A DNA stretch of 64,000 nucleotides from Rhodobacterales bacterium. GTDB taxonomy: Bacteria; Pseudomonadota; Alphaproteobacteria; Rhodobacterales; CAZPXZ01. The DNA lies in the NCBI GenBank assembly GCA_965219495.1, contig OZ244777.1, positions 690,837 to 754,836 of the forward strand, written 5' to 3'. The position numbers and the translations under genes are program-made. Below, piece after piece: positions 28,518 to 40,877 of the stretch. Position 1 is the first letter of the stretch; each line of letters starts with the position of its first letter. Under the pieces are notes generated by a model that saw nothing but the letters and a program-made list of their open reading frames with translations, was not told the DNA's origin and made no database searches.

Positions 28518-29972
28518 ATGAATCTGAAAGACAGCAGCCTACTCGCGGAAAATGCTTATGTCGACGGCGCCTGGTGCGGAGCCGGGTCCAACTCCACTTT
28601 TGCAGTGACGAATCCAGCGACGGGAGAAACCATCGCCAGAGTCCCCGATCTCGAAGCGGAAGATGTGAGGCGCGCAATTGACGCAGCGCACGCAGCGCAA
28701 CCGGGCTGGGCAGCAAGGGTGGCCAAGGAACGCTCCGTGCTTCTGAAGGCGTGGAACGACCTGATCCTGGAAAACGCTGACGATCTCGCCGCCATCCTGA
28801 CGGCAGAAATGGGAAAGCCTCTCGCGGAAGCAAAGGGTGAGATCATCTACGGTGCCAGCTTTGTCGAGTGGTTCGCGGAGGAAGCCAAACGCGTGTATGG
28901 CGACGTGATTCCGCAAAACCAAGCCGACCGCCGCCTGCTGGTGATCAAGCAACCCGTCGGCGTAACCGCCTCGATCACACCCTGGAATTTTCCGACCGCC
29001 ATGATCACGCGCAAACTTGCGCCCGCACTCGCGGTGGGCTGCACAGTTGTTGCGAAGCCGGCGGCAATGACCCCGCTCTCCGCCACGGCGCTTGCCGTGC
29101 TTGCAGAGCGCGCCGGATTCCCCAAGGGCGTATTCAATGTTGTGACATCTACCCGGGCGCGGGAAGTCGGCACAGAGTTTTGCGCCAACGAAAAGGTCCG
29201 GAAACTCACTTTCACCGGCTCCACCGAAGTTGGTCGCATTTTGATGGCGCAGTGCGCGAATGACATCAAGAAGGTGAGCCTGGAACTCGGCGGAAACGCA
29301 CCGTTCATCGTGTTCAACGACGCCGATATCGAAGCCGCGGTCGACGGAGCGATGATCTCCAAATTTCGGAACGCCGGGCAAACCTGCGTGTGCGCCAACC
29401 GGATCTACGTCCAGAGCGGCGTGCATGACGCATTCGCCGAAAAGTTCGCCGACCGCGTTGCAAAGCTCCGCCTCGGAAATGGTGCCTCCGAGGGCGTGGA
29501 GCAGGGACCGCTGATCGAGCCCGCCGCGCTCAAGAAAGTGGAAGAGCACGTAGCGGACGCAATCGGGAAGGGGGCGAATGTCTTGCTCGGCGGAGAGCGA
29601 TCCTCCCTCGGCGGAACCTTTTACGAGCCTACGGTTCTCACCGGAGTAACCAAGGAAATGCGCATTACACGGGAAGAAACCTTCGGACCTGTTGCGCCGC
29701 TCTATCGTTTCGAGGATGAAGCGGATGTGGTCGCACAGGCCAACGACACGGAATTCGGCTTGGCGGCGTATTTTTACGCCCGTGATCTCGGCCGGGTCTG
29801 GAGGGTCGCCGAACAGCTTGAATATGGAATCGTCGGTATCAATACCGGGTTGATTTCAACGGAAGTCGCTCCGTTCGGCGGAGTCAAGCAATCGGGGCTG
29901 GGGCGTGAGGGTTCCAAGTACGGGACCGAGGAATTCCTCGAGGTCAAATATCTCTGCATGAGCGGCGTCTAA
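28518..29972 (+). CDS. gabD: NAD(P)-dependent succinate-semialdehyde dehydrogenase
   Basis: The aldehyde dehydrogenase family is indicated by ITPWNFP, FTGSTEVGR, ELGGNAP and EETFGP. The N-terminus AYVDGAWC...FAVTNPATGE is typical of GabD. The start is ATG 28518. Confidence 0.85.
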   Translation: MNLKDSSLLAENAYVDGAWCGAGSNSTFAVTNPATGETIARVPDLEAEDVRRAIDAAHAAQPGWAARVAKERSVLLKAWNDLILENADDLAAILTAEMGKPLAEAKGEIIYGASFVEWFAEEAKRVYGDVIPQNQADRRLLVIKQPVGVTASITPWNFPTAMITRKLAPALAVGCTVVAKPAAMTPLSATALAVLAERAGFPKGVFNVVTSTRAREVGTEFCANEKVRKLTFTGSTEVGRILMAQCANDIKKVSLELGGNAPFIVFNDADIEAAVDGAMISKFRNAGQTCVCANRIYVQSGVHDAFAEKFADRVAKLRLGNGASEGVEQGPLIEPAALKKVEEHVADAIGKGANVLLGGERSSLGGTFYEPTVLTGVTKEMRITREETFGPVAPLYRFEDEADVVAQANDTEFGLAAYFYARDLGRVWRVAEQLEYGIVGINTGLISTEVAPFGGVKQSGLGREGSKYGTEEFLEVKYLCMSGV

Positions 29973-29986
29973 CGCCGAACCGCTGC

Positions 29987-31593
<1,607 letters not shown>

Positions 31594-31756
31594 ACAGCGA
31601 AACGAAACGCGGGTTGACCCCGCGCGAATCCCCATCGGCGTGTCTTGCCAAGCGACACGTTTCAGCCGGAAAATTCTTTCGCACGCGAATTGCGAAAAAA
31701 TCTATTACTCCGTATTTTCTTCGAACCAGACGACAAAACGTCCCGATTTCCATCCC

Positions 31757-32128
31757 TCAGCAATTGGTCGCGTCTCCGGGCCCCGACCCTCGATACGCCT
31801 CGCGCATCCAGTCGATGTCGATCTGATGATGCAGGGACGTGAACACTTGATCCGGGTGCCACCTCGCCTGTTCGGTCATCCACTGCTGTTTCGTGTACGT
31901 GTTGGCGGAACCCAGGGTTTCCTCCATCGTCGCCCATCAGTGGGTCTGAACAAGTGATGCCTACATTTCCTCCAGGGCGGGTCCCGGCGGACCCGGTTCC
32001 CCGCCTGCCGCGGTACCATGAAGGCACCACGACTACCTGCCCTGCATGTCCTTTGGCTTATTGTTTCGCCAGCCGGGTCCATGACCGCCTGCCGGTTCGT
32101 GTCCTCTAACCGGAACTTCATGGGATCA
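31757..32128 (-). mobile_element. relic of a second, different group II intron (ribozyme 5' part plus the first ~40 RT codons)
   Basis: Hand translation of the minus strand gives MTEQARWHPDQVFTSLHHQIDIDWMREAYRGSGPG, which is the RT domain 0 pattern (FTSL.H....L..A). It then loses homology. Upstream is GC-rich structured sequence. The boundaries are rough. Confidence 0.45.
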
Positions 32129-34030
32129 ATTCGCATATATCCTTTGCCAAACAGATGCTTAGGCAGGATTCAAACTGCCCCGTTCATGGAGTCAGTTTGG
32201 TCGGGTCGATTTGCAGGAGTTCGAACGCTTTGGCTTGCAGTTCCGTCGGTTCGGCGAGCAGCGGGAACGCCAGATCCGGGTTCGCCGACAGCGTCACTTC
32301 ATTGCGGGTCAGCGTGGCGAGGTCCGACAACAGCGTCTCCATGCTGTGCACCGGCAGACCTTCCGGGTTTTCCTTTGTGGCGGCTTTGAACCTGGCGCGG
32401 TCGGAGACGTCGGACTTCGCGACCGGGGAAGATCGCTTCCGTCTTGCGCCATCGCGGTCGTCGTCCTCGAACAGGATCGGGGCGAGGCACTTGCGCATGC
32501 GCCATTCGACGTGCCAGGCCAGCATGCACAGGAAGACGTGGGCGCGGACGTGGTCCTCGCTGTAGACGTAAACCGGGCGCACGTCGAGGTTGGATTTCAT
32601 CCCTCGGAACGCGCGTTCCACCGTGGACAACGATTTATAGGCCTCCACCGCCTCCGGCGCGGCGAGGGCGCCGGCCTCGAGGCTGGTGCGGATCACGTAG
32701 ACGCCGTCGAGGCGTGCTTCGTCGGCGATCCGCTCCGCGTTGCGCGCCCAGGCGATGTGGCCATCCGAGATCTCGATATCGAAGTGCTTGGCCACCTTGC
32801 GGCGGTTGATGTCCCGGCCGACCCGGCGGTTGATCGCGTCGCGTCCATGCAAGCGCGCGCGCGGGCTGCGGACGGCCTTGGCGATGTCTTCCAGGACGCG
32901 TTCGGTGGCCCGCAGCAGATCCTCCCGCTTGCGCGCCCGCTCCGCCTTCAGGCGCGGATTGAAGCACACGATCAGGCGCTCGCCCGGAAAGTCCGGACTG
33001 GAAACCTCCGCCACCCCGTCGGCGACCAGCTCCTCCGGACGAAGCGGTGCCTTCCCGTGGGTTCCGTTCGGGTTCTCCGGACCGGGGGCGCGCGTCAGTT
33101 GGCGGATGTGAGGGGTGCGCAGCGCCGAGATCCAGTCCAGCCCGGCCGGAAGCAGGTCGTCGCGGATGCGCGCCGCCGTCACCATGCCGCGATCGCCGAC
33201 AAAGGCGATGCGGGAGAGCCCGAACCGCTGCTTGACCTTCGCCACCTGGACGGCGACGGTCGCCGGATCCCCGGTACCGCCTGCGAACACCTCCACCGCC
33301 ACCGGGCAGCCGTTGGCGGCGCACAGCAGCCCGTAAACGATCTGCTTCTTGCCCTTCTTTCCGTCACGGTTGTGGCCGAACCCGGCAAGCGGACAGCAGC
33401 GTCCCTCCAGAAAACTCGACGTCACGTCATACAAGAGGAGCGTCCCGTCCCGGAGGTGCCGGGCGGCGAGGCTGCGCTCGATCCATCGCTGGCGGGCCCG
33501 CAGCCAGTCCAGCATGCCCAGCATGCCCAGCATCTCGTTGCCGGTGACCGCCCCGAGGCCAAGAACGGCGCCCAGGCTGGAGGAGGCGGTCGCCGGCGAC
33601 AGCCGCCTTGCGGTGGCCAGTTTCGAGCAGGGTTCGACGACCCGCGCGGCGACCGCAGCGAACGCCAGGCTGCGCTCCCGGCCCGGCTTGCGGTGCAGCA
33701 GCCGCTCGAAACCGAGTTTCCGCATGGTGCCGGCCACCGCCGCCACATGTCCATGCGGTAGCGAACGGCGCAGGGACACGGCGTCGTGGATGTCCGGGAA
33801 AACGGCGCCACCTTTAAGCACAAGGCGGATGCCCTCGACGAGGTGGGGCTCCAGTTTGGAGAGATTGCAGAGGGTGCGTCGTTTGACGCGTCCGTTTTCC
33901 CTCCAGGACTGCCGGATGAGCGGCGTGGGGACGCTTCCGTGGTTGGGAATGTATTCGACGTAGGTTGACTTCATGGAGTCAGTATACGTGAAATGAAAGG
34001 CTATATCAAGGGAACCTATCCAGGAAATCA
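32129..34030 (-). mobile_element. second IS1634-family insertion sequence; ends poorly defined
   Basis: Encloses an intact transposase. The only IR candidates are weak: TGGGATCAATTCGCATATATCCTTTG near 32120-32150, versus the reverse complement of 33996-34030. Confidence 0.5.
32184..33974 (-). CDS. IS1634-family transposase (596 aa)
   Basis: MKSTYVEYIPNHGSVPTPLIRQSWRENGRVKRRTLCNLSKL, LYDVTSSFLEG, GHNRDGKKGKKQIVYGLL, FVGDRGM and VERAFR motifs. The start is set at ATG 33974. Confidence 0.85.
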   Translation of the reverse strand: MKSTYVEYIPNHGSVPTPLIRQSWRENGRVKRRTLCNLSKLEPHLVEGIRLVLKGGAVFPDIHDAVSLRRSLPHGHVAAVAGTMRKLGFERLLHRKPGRERSLAFAAVAARVVEPCSKLATARRLSPATASSSLGAVLGLGAVTGNEMLGMLGMLDWLRARQRWIERSLAARHLRDGTLLLYDVTSSFLEGRCCPLAGFGHNRDGKKGKKQIVYGLLCAANGCPVAVEVFAGGTGDPATVAVQVAKVKQRFGLSRIAFVGDRGMVTAARIRDDLLPAGLDWISALRTPHIRQLTRAPGPENPNGTHGKAPLRPEELVADGVAEVSSPDFPGERLIVCFNPRLKAERARKREDLLRATERVLEDIAKAVRSPRARLHGRDAINRRVGRDINRRKVAKHFDIEISDGHIAWARNAERIADEARLDGVYVIRTSLEAGALAAPEAVEAYKSLSTVERAFRGMKSNLDVRPVYVYSEDHVRAHVFLCMLAWHVEWRMRKCLAPILFEDDDRDGARRKRSSPVAKSDVSDRARFKAATKENPEGLPVHSMETLLSDLATLTRNEVTLSANPDLAFPLLAEPTELQAKAFELLQIDPTKLTP

Positions 34031-34669
34031 CACCACATCGTGTTATTACATGGAGTCCAATGTCAGGAGGAAACGACGTCGCTTCCGTAGAAAACCGTGA
34101 AACCTCAATCGAATAGGGTCGTGCTGACAGTTATTTCCTAAACGAAGTTCCGTCTAACGCGGTCCCGCCGCCATGCAGGCCCGGCGACGGGCTTGATGCT
34201 TTTGTTCAGCCGGCGCTCCGGTTCCGGCTCCTCGCCCATGAGCAAGTGCAGGTTCTCCCAGGTTTTCTGGCGACCCTTTCCGTGGCTCTGCGCCGGCCTT
34301 CGACACCGGACGACCCTTGACGCCTCGCCGGTGGTGTCGCTGCCGGTGCTGCCCCCAAGTGGTTGAAGGTTGAAAAGGCGTCATCATTGTGCATGTCGAG
34401 GCTGGTTATCGCCTTTCATCTCCCGCTGTCTACGCTTCACAACGCACGTCGCCATGCGCCATGCAAGACTCGCTCCCGGCTGGCGGGCTGCGCCGTTGCC
34501 GAGCGGGCGTCGGTCCCGCTGGGTCGCGTTGAATGGATTCAGCTCATGTCATCCCCCTCCCCAGGACTTATCCTGGCGCAATCAACTATTGCAAGTAATC
34601 CCCAATGGAAAAGCCGGCGTCGCACCGGTACTTGTCAAACACATCGATGGCGGAACCGTTGCGCCGCGG

Positions 34670-35020
34670 GTCGCGGTACGCCATGGCCAATTCAATCTCA
34701 TCTCTTCGCGGGCGTATCCTCCGATGCTGTTTGATCTGGAGGGCGACCCGTTGGAACTGAGCAACATCGCCGGATCTGTTGAGGCCACGGATGCCGAATC
34801 GCACCTCCTTGATCTCGCAAATCACGCCTGGGATCTGGATTCGCTCGCTGAAACGGTGAAACGTGATCTAATCTCGCGGAGAATTGTCCATGAAGGGCTG
34901 GGGCAGCGCAGGCGGGAATTTGGGACTTGGTCCCGCGCGCGCTCATCCAGTACACGAACTATGTGCTGCGCGGCGACTCGCTGCCGGTGGCAGAGCGCCA
35001 AGAATACTTGCCCTACGCGT
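34670..35020 (+). pseudogene. sulfatase (choline-sulfatase-like) C-terminal fragment, frameshifted
   Basis: VAVRHGQFNLISSRAYPPMLFDLEGDPLELSNIAG...HAWDLDSLAETVKRDLISRRIV, then a frame change (WDLVPRALIQYTNYV...). No catalytic N-terminal domain is present. Confidence 0.5.
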
Positions 35021-35210
35021 GGAACCGGGAATCGGCCCCCAACGCCGTCTCGGTACCGACGATAACGCTCAACGCTATCTTCCTAGTTTACTTGTTCGAA
35101 AAGCGGTTCTAAACGTGACCCACTGCGACCGCTGAATTGGCGGACAGGCGGCACCCACGAATTGGCGCGGGCGGAAACGCCGAAACAACAGAAACGAGGA
35201 AAGGGCGGCA

Positions 35211-36188
35211 ATGATCAAACTCGCGATTGCCGGGATGGGCCGGTGGGGTCAGACGCTCGTGGAATCCGTACAGGGCAAGAGCGGGCGTGTTAAATTTACC
35301 CATGTAGTTTCCCGCTCGCCGGTCCAAGTGCAGCCGCGCGCGGACCGCTTTGGCCTCGCCATCCTCGCCGACCTTGACAGTGCGCTTGCGGCCCGGGACA
35401 TCGATGGCGTGGTCCTCGCGACGCCCCATTCCCTGCACGCCGATCAAGTTGTGGCTTGTGCCCAGGCCGGCAAGCCGGTCTTCGTAGAAAAGCCCTTCAC
35501 ACTTACCGTCGCGGATGCCGAGCGGGCACTGGTTGCGGTCTCGGCCGCAGGCACCGTGTGTGCGGCGGGGCACAACCGCCGGTTCCTGCCGGCTACGGCC
35601 GTTCTCGCCAATTCCATTGAGGCCGGACGACTTGGCAAGATCACGTTTGTGGAATGCAATTACTCTGGAAACGTTGCCGGGCGTTATCACGAAGGCATGT
35701 GGCGCGTCGCGCCAAGCGAGAGCCCGGCCGGCGGACTCGCGGGCGCGGGAATTCACTTGATCGACCTGATCGTACATCTCCTAGGCCCGGTCGCGAAGGT
35801 GACCGCCATCTCTTCGCGGCAAGTGCTGGATGTGCCCATCGATGATACCACCGCAGCGCTTCTGATGTTGAGGATGGGAACTCGCGCTTCGCTGGTAATG
35901 CTGATGGCTTCGGCGCCCGATTTTCGCCTCAAGTTCTTTGGCACAAGAGGAAACGTGGAACTGCCTGATCCAAACACCCTCCGTTTTACCTCCCTCGACG
36001 GCGAGACGGAATCGCGCTCATTCGATCCCGTTGACACGGAACGGGCCGAACTTGAAGCTTTTGCGAGCGCCATCTCCGGGGTCTCCACATTTCCGGTCTC
36101 GCACGAGGAGATACTCTGGGGAATTGCGGCGTTCGAAGGCATTTGCCGTTCGGTGAATGAACGAAGGCCGGTTGCGCTTGAGCAGTAG
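35211..36188 (+). CDS. Gfo/Idh/MocA-family oxidoreductase
   Basis: MIKLAIAGMGRWGQ (Rossmann), VVLATPHSLHADQVVACAQAGKPVFVEKP, AGHNRRF. Confidence 0.85.
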   Translation: MIKLAIAGMGRWGQTLVESVQGKSGRVKFTHVVSRSPVQVQPRADRFGLAILADLDSALAARDIDGVVLATPHSLHADQVVACAQAGKPVFVEKPFTLTVADAERALVAVSAAGTVCAAGHNRRFLPATAVLANSIEAGRLGKITFVECNYSGNVAGRYHEGMWRVAPSESPAGGLAGAGIHLIDLIVHLLGPVAKVTAISSRQVLDVPIDDTTAALLMLRMGTRASLVMLMASAPDFRLKFFGTRGNVELPDPNTLRFTSLDGETESRSFDPVDTERAELEAFASAISGVSTFPVSHEEILWGIAAFEGICRSVNERRPVALEQ

Positions 36189-36446
36189 CTGCGACGGAGA
36201 TGCACGCGATTCTCTTCCGGCTGTCTTTGGACGCTGGCCACGGTTGCGGTAATTCTCTCCAGGACGCGCTGGATTTCTTTTGCTTCTGTTCGAACCGGAA
36301 ATGCTATAGAGACCGGCGTCATTGATATTCGAACTGGCAACCTGCCTTCAGGTCACGCGGCCTGGCCGCAGCCTGACTCGGCGAGCGTTGGTCTCGGAAG
36401 CGACTCCCGCCCATCCTGACGTCTGAGAGAGACAGGGAACCACGCC

Positions 36447-36700
36447 ATGTTGAGTTTTCTCGCCCGCAGGTTCGATCAGGCGATCATCTTCATGCTGGCC
36501 ACGACCGCTATTGCGTTTGTCGTGTTGCGCTATCTCACCGATCCGATGGTCGCCATACTGGCGTGGATTCGACCGAAGCGCAGCGGCGAGCTTTGCGTGC
36601 GGAATCGGGCCTCGACCGGAGCCTGCTCGTGCAATTACTTGCCTATCTCGGCAACATTCTTCATGGTGATCGCGGCGCGTTGACGCGTCCGCCCGCCAGC
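36447..36700 (+). pseudogene. ABC peptide permease (DppB-like) N-terminal fragment, frameshifted
   Basis: MLSFLARRFDQAIIFMLATTAIAFVVLRYLTDPMVAIL, then in another frame ...EAQRRALRAESGLDRSLLVQLLAYLGNILHGDRG. Together these match the first ~85 residues of DppB/OppB-type permeases. Nothing follows. Confidence 0.6.
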
Positions 36701-37129
36701 GCGAATTGCGAGCCAACCAGCACAATGGAACCGCCTCCACGCTTGCGCATTGAGCGCACCGCTTCACGGCTCCAAAGGAGGCTACCGGTGAAATTTGTGA
36801 TAAGTACACCCTCCCATTCGGTTAGCGAAGATTTTGCTACTCCCTTGTCCGTAGAACAGCTGGCGCAAGCAACCAGAACGTCGAATCCCCAAAACGTTCT
36901 TCTATTGCCTTGGCATGGCGGCGCACTGTGGCTTCCTCGCCAATATCGCCTCAAGCAGTACCGGCGCACGGCGCGAAACCCTGCATTTCCCACGCAGAAA
37001 CTCGGCAATTCTTTGGTCGATGATCGCCACTTCAATTCCTTCGCTCACGAACAACCGCGCGCAGGCCAAGCCAATTCCGGAGCACACACCGGCAATCGCC
37101 GAGACCTTGCCCTCAAGTTGCTTTGACAT
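36661..37129 (-). pseudogene. SDR-family oxidoreductase, frameshifted and truncated
   Basis: MSKQLEGKVSAIAGVCSGIGLACARLFVSEGIEVAIID (TGxxxGIG), then a frame change to ...VLITNFTGSLLWSREAVRSMRKRGGGSIVLVGS. Confidence 0.6.
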
Positions 37130-37260
37130 GCCGCACACCTCCCGTATTAACCGATCGCTCTCTTGTAAGAGGTAACGGGTACTGCTACCAGAGAACGGAT
37201 TTCGGACCGACCGAATGAGATGTCCGCCCTTCAAGGGCGCCAATAGCGTCAGGAATTGAC

Positions 37261-38040
37261 ATGGCAGGAGAACTTGAGGGCAAACTGGCGCTTGTCTTGG
37301 GCGCCAGCAAGGGAATCGGATTTGGAATTGCGAAAGCGTTCGATTCGAACGGAGCGCGAGTAGCCATCGCCAGCAGGAACAGCGAGGGACTGCAACAGGC
37401 CGTGGCGTCGCTCGGGCGAGGAACAGAAGCGTTTGTATGCGATACCGGTTCCCTCAAGCAAATTGACGCGCTTCATAAGGCGGTTGTTGCAAGCATGGGC
37501 CATCCCGATATACTCGTGCTGAACAGCGGGGGGCCGCCTCCTGGTCCGGCAACGGGCGTCGACTCCGAGAAATGGCGCAAAAACTTCGAGTTCATGTTCG
37601 TTGGACTTGTCCGCCTCGCCGATCTGACGCTGCCGGCAATGATACAAGGCGGCTATGGCCGAATTCTCTCGGTTGTCTCTTCAGGCGTCATCGAACCCAT
37701 TCCGAACCTCTCCATTTCCAACACCATTCGTCCAGCGCTGGTCGGCTGGGGAAAGTCTCTCGCACGAGAAGTCGCGGCTCACGGTGTCACGGTAAATGCA
37801 ATTGTTCCCGGTAGGATCGAAACGGATCGTCTGAGATCGTTGGATGCTTTGAATGCCAAACGGCGGGGACTCAGCGTGGAAGACGTAAAACGCGACTCTT
37901 GCGCCCGCATTCCCGCCGCCCGCTACGGCGGGACGGACGAGTTTGGCGAAGTCGCCTCGTTCCTCGCGAGCCCGCGTGCTTCGTATGTAACCGGGTCGTT
38001 GGTGCGCGTAGACGGCGGATTGGTCGCTGCCACGAGCTAA
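37261..38040 (+). CDS. SDR-family oxidoreductase (FabG-like)
   Basis: LVLGASKGIGFGIA, LVLNSGGPP, S...NTIRPALVGWGKSLA, VNAIVPGRI, YVTGSLVRVDGG. Confidence 0.85.
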   Translation: MAGELEGKLALVLGASKGIGFGIAKAFDSNGARVAIASRNSEGLQQAVASLGRGTEAFVCDTGSLKQIDALHKAVVASMGHPDILVLNSGGPPPGPATGVDSEKWRKNFEFMFVGLVRLADLTLPAMIQGGYGRILSVVSSGVIEPIPNLSISNTIRPALVGWGKSLAREVAAHGVTVNAIVPGRIETDRLRSLDALNAKRRGLSVEDVKRDSCARIPAARYGGTDEFGEVASFLASPRASYVTGSLVRVDGGLVAATS

Positions 38041-38229
38041 TTCACATTTTCGAAGACTGCGGTGCGCGAAGGTTTGCCGGGGCAACGATCTCGGATTTAT
38101 CTTGTTCCGCCAACCGTCAAATCAAGTGAGCGTAACGGCTGAATAACGTCGATTTCCTGAAATCTGATATCAAGAGCGCGCAATGCGTCAAGGGGAAGAC
38201 CCCATAACTAGGGCACAGCCGTGATGCTT

Positions 38230-38582
38230 TTAACCAACGATTTGGGAGGAGTAGCGGAGACTGCGCCGCGGCCATGTATGCCGGACGAATTGTCGACATC
38301 GACCACGTAGCGGCGCTGATTGAAGATCCCCTGCACCCGTAAGGCAAGGGTGCCATGGGCGCCGTACCGTCTTTGGATCAGAAAGAGGAATGCCTCGCGC
38401 AATTTCCCGGCTCCACGCCAAGGCTTGCATCGCTCCCGTACGGATGCGCATTCCATCCGCGCTGCCCGCACCAGATCGAGGCATGCGAACGCATCCGTCT
38501 GCTATCGAGTGAGATTCGCGACCGACGAGTCGCGTGCCATGTATACGGACAATCAGGAAGACCCCAAGCAAATGAATCCTGA
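38230..38582 (+). pseudogene. ABC peptide ATPase (DppD/OppD-like) C-terminal fragment
   Basis: AMYAGRIVDIDHVAALIEDPLHP(TAA)GKGAMGAVPSL...LPYGCAFHPRCPHQIEACE...RVACH. It has the oligopeptide-ATPase C-terminal domain with an internal stop. The N-terminal ABC domain is missing. Confidence 0.65.
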
Positions 38583-39002
38583 CCCGGTCGTACAGTTGGA
38601 CAAGAGCAGCCGTACGTTTCGAAACCGTGCTGACACGCATAATGGCGCGGGAGCCGAACCAGTGACTGCGCGCCGTACAGGACGTGACCTTTGAGATACC
38701 GCAAAGCGAGACATTTGAGCTGGTAGGCGAACCCAATTCTGGAAAACCACGCTCGCCTGCATGGCGGTAGGCTTCCTGCCACCGATGAATTTACATGCTT
38801 TTCAAGGACCCCTGCGCGAGTGTGAACCCGCGTTGACGGATTGAACGAATCGTTGCCGAGCCTGTCCGGGCATTTGGCCTGGTAGATTCGGACGAGGCGG
38901 TCAGCACCCGTGTCGACGAACTTCTCCACTTGGTGGAAATTTGCACCCGGCGGACCAGTCACCTTATCCCCACCAGTTCTCCGGCGGCCAGTTATAGAGC
39001 GG
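38572..39002 (+). pseudogene. ABC peptide ATPase (DppF/OppF-like), 5' part, multiply frameshifted
   Basis: MNPDPVVQLDKSSRTF..., ...VGEPNSGKTTLA (Walker A region in another frame), ...YPHQFSGGQ (signature) just before the IS. Confidence 0.6.
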
Positions 39003-40877
39003 GCGGCGATCGCCCAGATCCGCGAGCTAAATTCTGTGAGATACCCGGTTGACCCTTTGTTTACAAAGGGTCATAGAAGGAATGAACATCCCAATTTCTT
39101 CACCAACCGGGTGCGATTATGGTCGCAAATCCGAATTCCCCCGTCAACTACCAATTTGCCGCGACTGGACCGGTCTCGACAGCCTATGGCGGCGCCGGGC
39201 TGTGGCTTGAGGCGCTCTGGCGCAGCGGCGCGCTGCGCGCTCTTCCGCGGGGTGTGTCGGGCGGTCAGGGCTGGACCGACGGCCAGATGCTGCTTTCGAT
39301 CGTGTTGCTGAACGTGCCGGGGTTTGATTGCGCGGAAGACCTGGAGCGAATGGAAGCGGACCCGGGGCTTTGCGGGATGGTTCGGCGGTATGAGCCGCGG
39401 ATTCTGGGCGTGGGGAGGAAATGGCTGGCGCGCCGCCAGCGTGGCGGCCGTCGTCGGACGTTGCCATCTCCGCGGGCCTTGCTCGATTGGCTGCACGGCC
39501 ACCAGGATGCGGAAGCGGGGCAGGAGCGGCGCAAGGGCGAGGCGATTGTGCCGCGCCCGGCGGCCTCGCTGGCGGTGTTTTGGGAAGCCTCCCGGCGGCT
39601 GTTTTCGCAACTGGTGGACCGGCATGGCCTGCGCCGCATCACCCTGGACCTGGATGCGACGATTGTTGCCTCGGGCAAGCGCGAAGCGCTGCCGACTTAC
39701 CGGGCTTCGACCGGGGTGTGTCCGGGGGAGACGGGGTACCAGCCGCTGAACGTGTTTTGCGCGGAACTGGGGCTGATGGCGCATTCGGAGATGCGCGACG
39801 GCAACGTGCCGGCCAGGGAAGGCAACGCCCGGGTGCTGCTGGAGGCGCTGGAACGGCTGCCCGGCGCGGTCGAAGAGGTGACGGTGCGCAGCGACAGCGC
39901 CGGACATGCAGTCGGGGTGATCCGGCTCTGCAACCGTCCGGAGGCCGGCGGCGCCCGGCGCCTGGGGGTGGTCGGCTTGGTGATTTCGGCGGTGCATTCC
40001 GAGGCGCTGATGAACCAAGTGATGCGAACCCCGGAGACCGCATGGAAGCCGCTCGGGGAGAAGCCGAAAGAACCGGAGGCCGAAGTGGCCTCGATTGAAG
40101 GAGCCCGAGATCCTTCGCTACATTGCCGTGCGAAGGCCCCGGCCCGGATCGCTCGGAGTGAAGGCCAACGAGATCCCCGCCCGTGACGGCCACCCAGCCT
40201 ACGGCATTCGGGCGCTGCTGACCAGCATCCCGGCGCCCGGCGCCCGGCGGCGAGCGGCCGGACGGCCTCGGACCGAAACCGATGCCGGCAGAAGAAGTCC
40301 TGTCCTTCGCCAACCGCCGCTGCGGCGACGCCGGGCAGGTCCACGATACGCTCAAGAACAGCCTCGCCGGCGGCATCCTGCCCTGCGGCCGGTTCGGCAG
40401 CAACGCGGCCGGGTGGCACGGCGCCATCCTGGCGTTGAACGTCCACGTCTGGCTCGGCCATGGCGCCCTCGAAGCCGACTTGCGCCGGGCCCATTGGAAA
40501 CGGCTGCGGGCGGTGATCCTGGTCCACGCCGCGCGCCTGGTCTGGCACGCGCGGAGATGGATCCTGGTGTTGCGGCAAGCCGGAACCGAAGAACTTCGCG
40601 CCGCCCTGGAACGCCTTTCCAGATGCTCCGCTCCCGGCTGACGCCGGGAGCTCCTCGCTGCAACCGCCGGCAAATCCGAGCCGCCGTCGAACCGTGACTG
40701 GAAGCGGGGCGCGCCACCGAGATTCTGCGCAAACGCTCGATGCGTTACGCCTCGGTGATCGCCCGGGGCGCCGGAAATCGAATCACCCGGCTTCTCCGCG
40801 CAATTCGCGCCAAAATCTCCGCCAGAACCTCCTCAGACCCCGTTCCATAGCCGTAGCTCGCGGATTTGGGATCGCGC
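39003..40877 (+). mobile_element. IS1380-family insertion sequence, transposase frameshifted
   Basis: Imperfect IRs: GCGGCGATCGCCCAGATCCGCGAGCTA (39003-39029), versus the reverse complement of 40854-40877, GCGCGATCCCAAATCCGCGAGCTA. A 9-bp-stem hairpin lies at 39051-39072, upstream of the transposase ATG. Confidence 0.65.
39119..40641 (+). pseudogene. IS1380-family transposase in three frames
   Basis: The ORF 39119..40186 reads RITLDLDATIVASGKREALPTYRASTG..GYQPLNVFCAELGLMAHSEMRDGNVPA...VTVRSDSAGH. It continues in 40095..~40290 and 40282..40641 (FANRRCGDAGQVHDTLKNSLAGGILPCGRFGSNAAGW...LRAVILVHAARLVWHARRWIL). Confidence 0.7.

Noticed and set aside
33511-33534. A tandem repeat, AGCATGCCC x2.7.
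   Set aside because: It is an in-frame micro-duplication inside the transposase gene (MLGMLGML), too short for a regulatory or CRISPR-like role.
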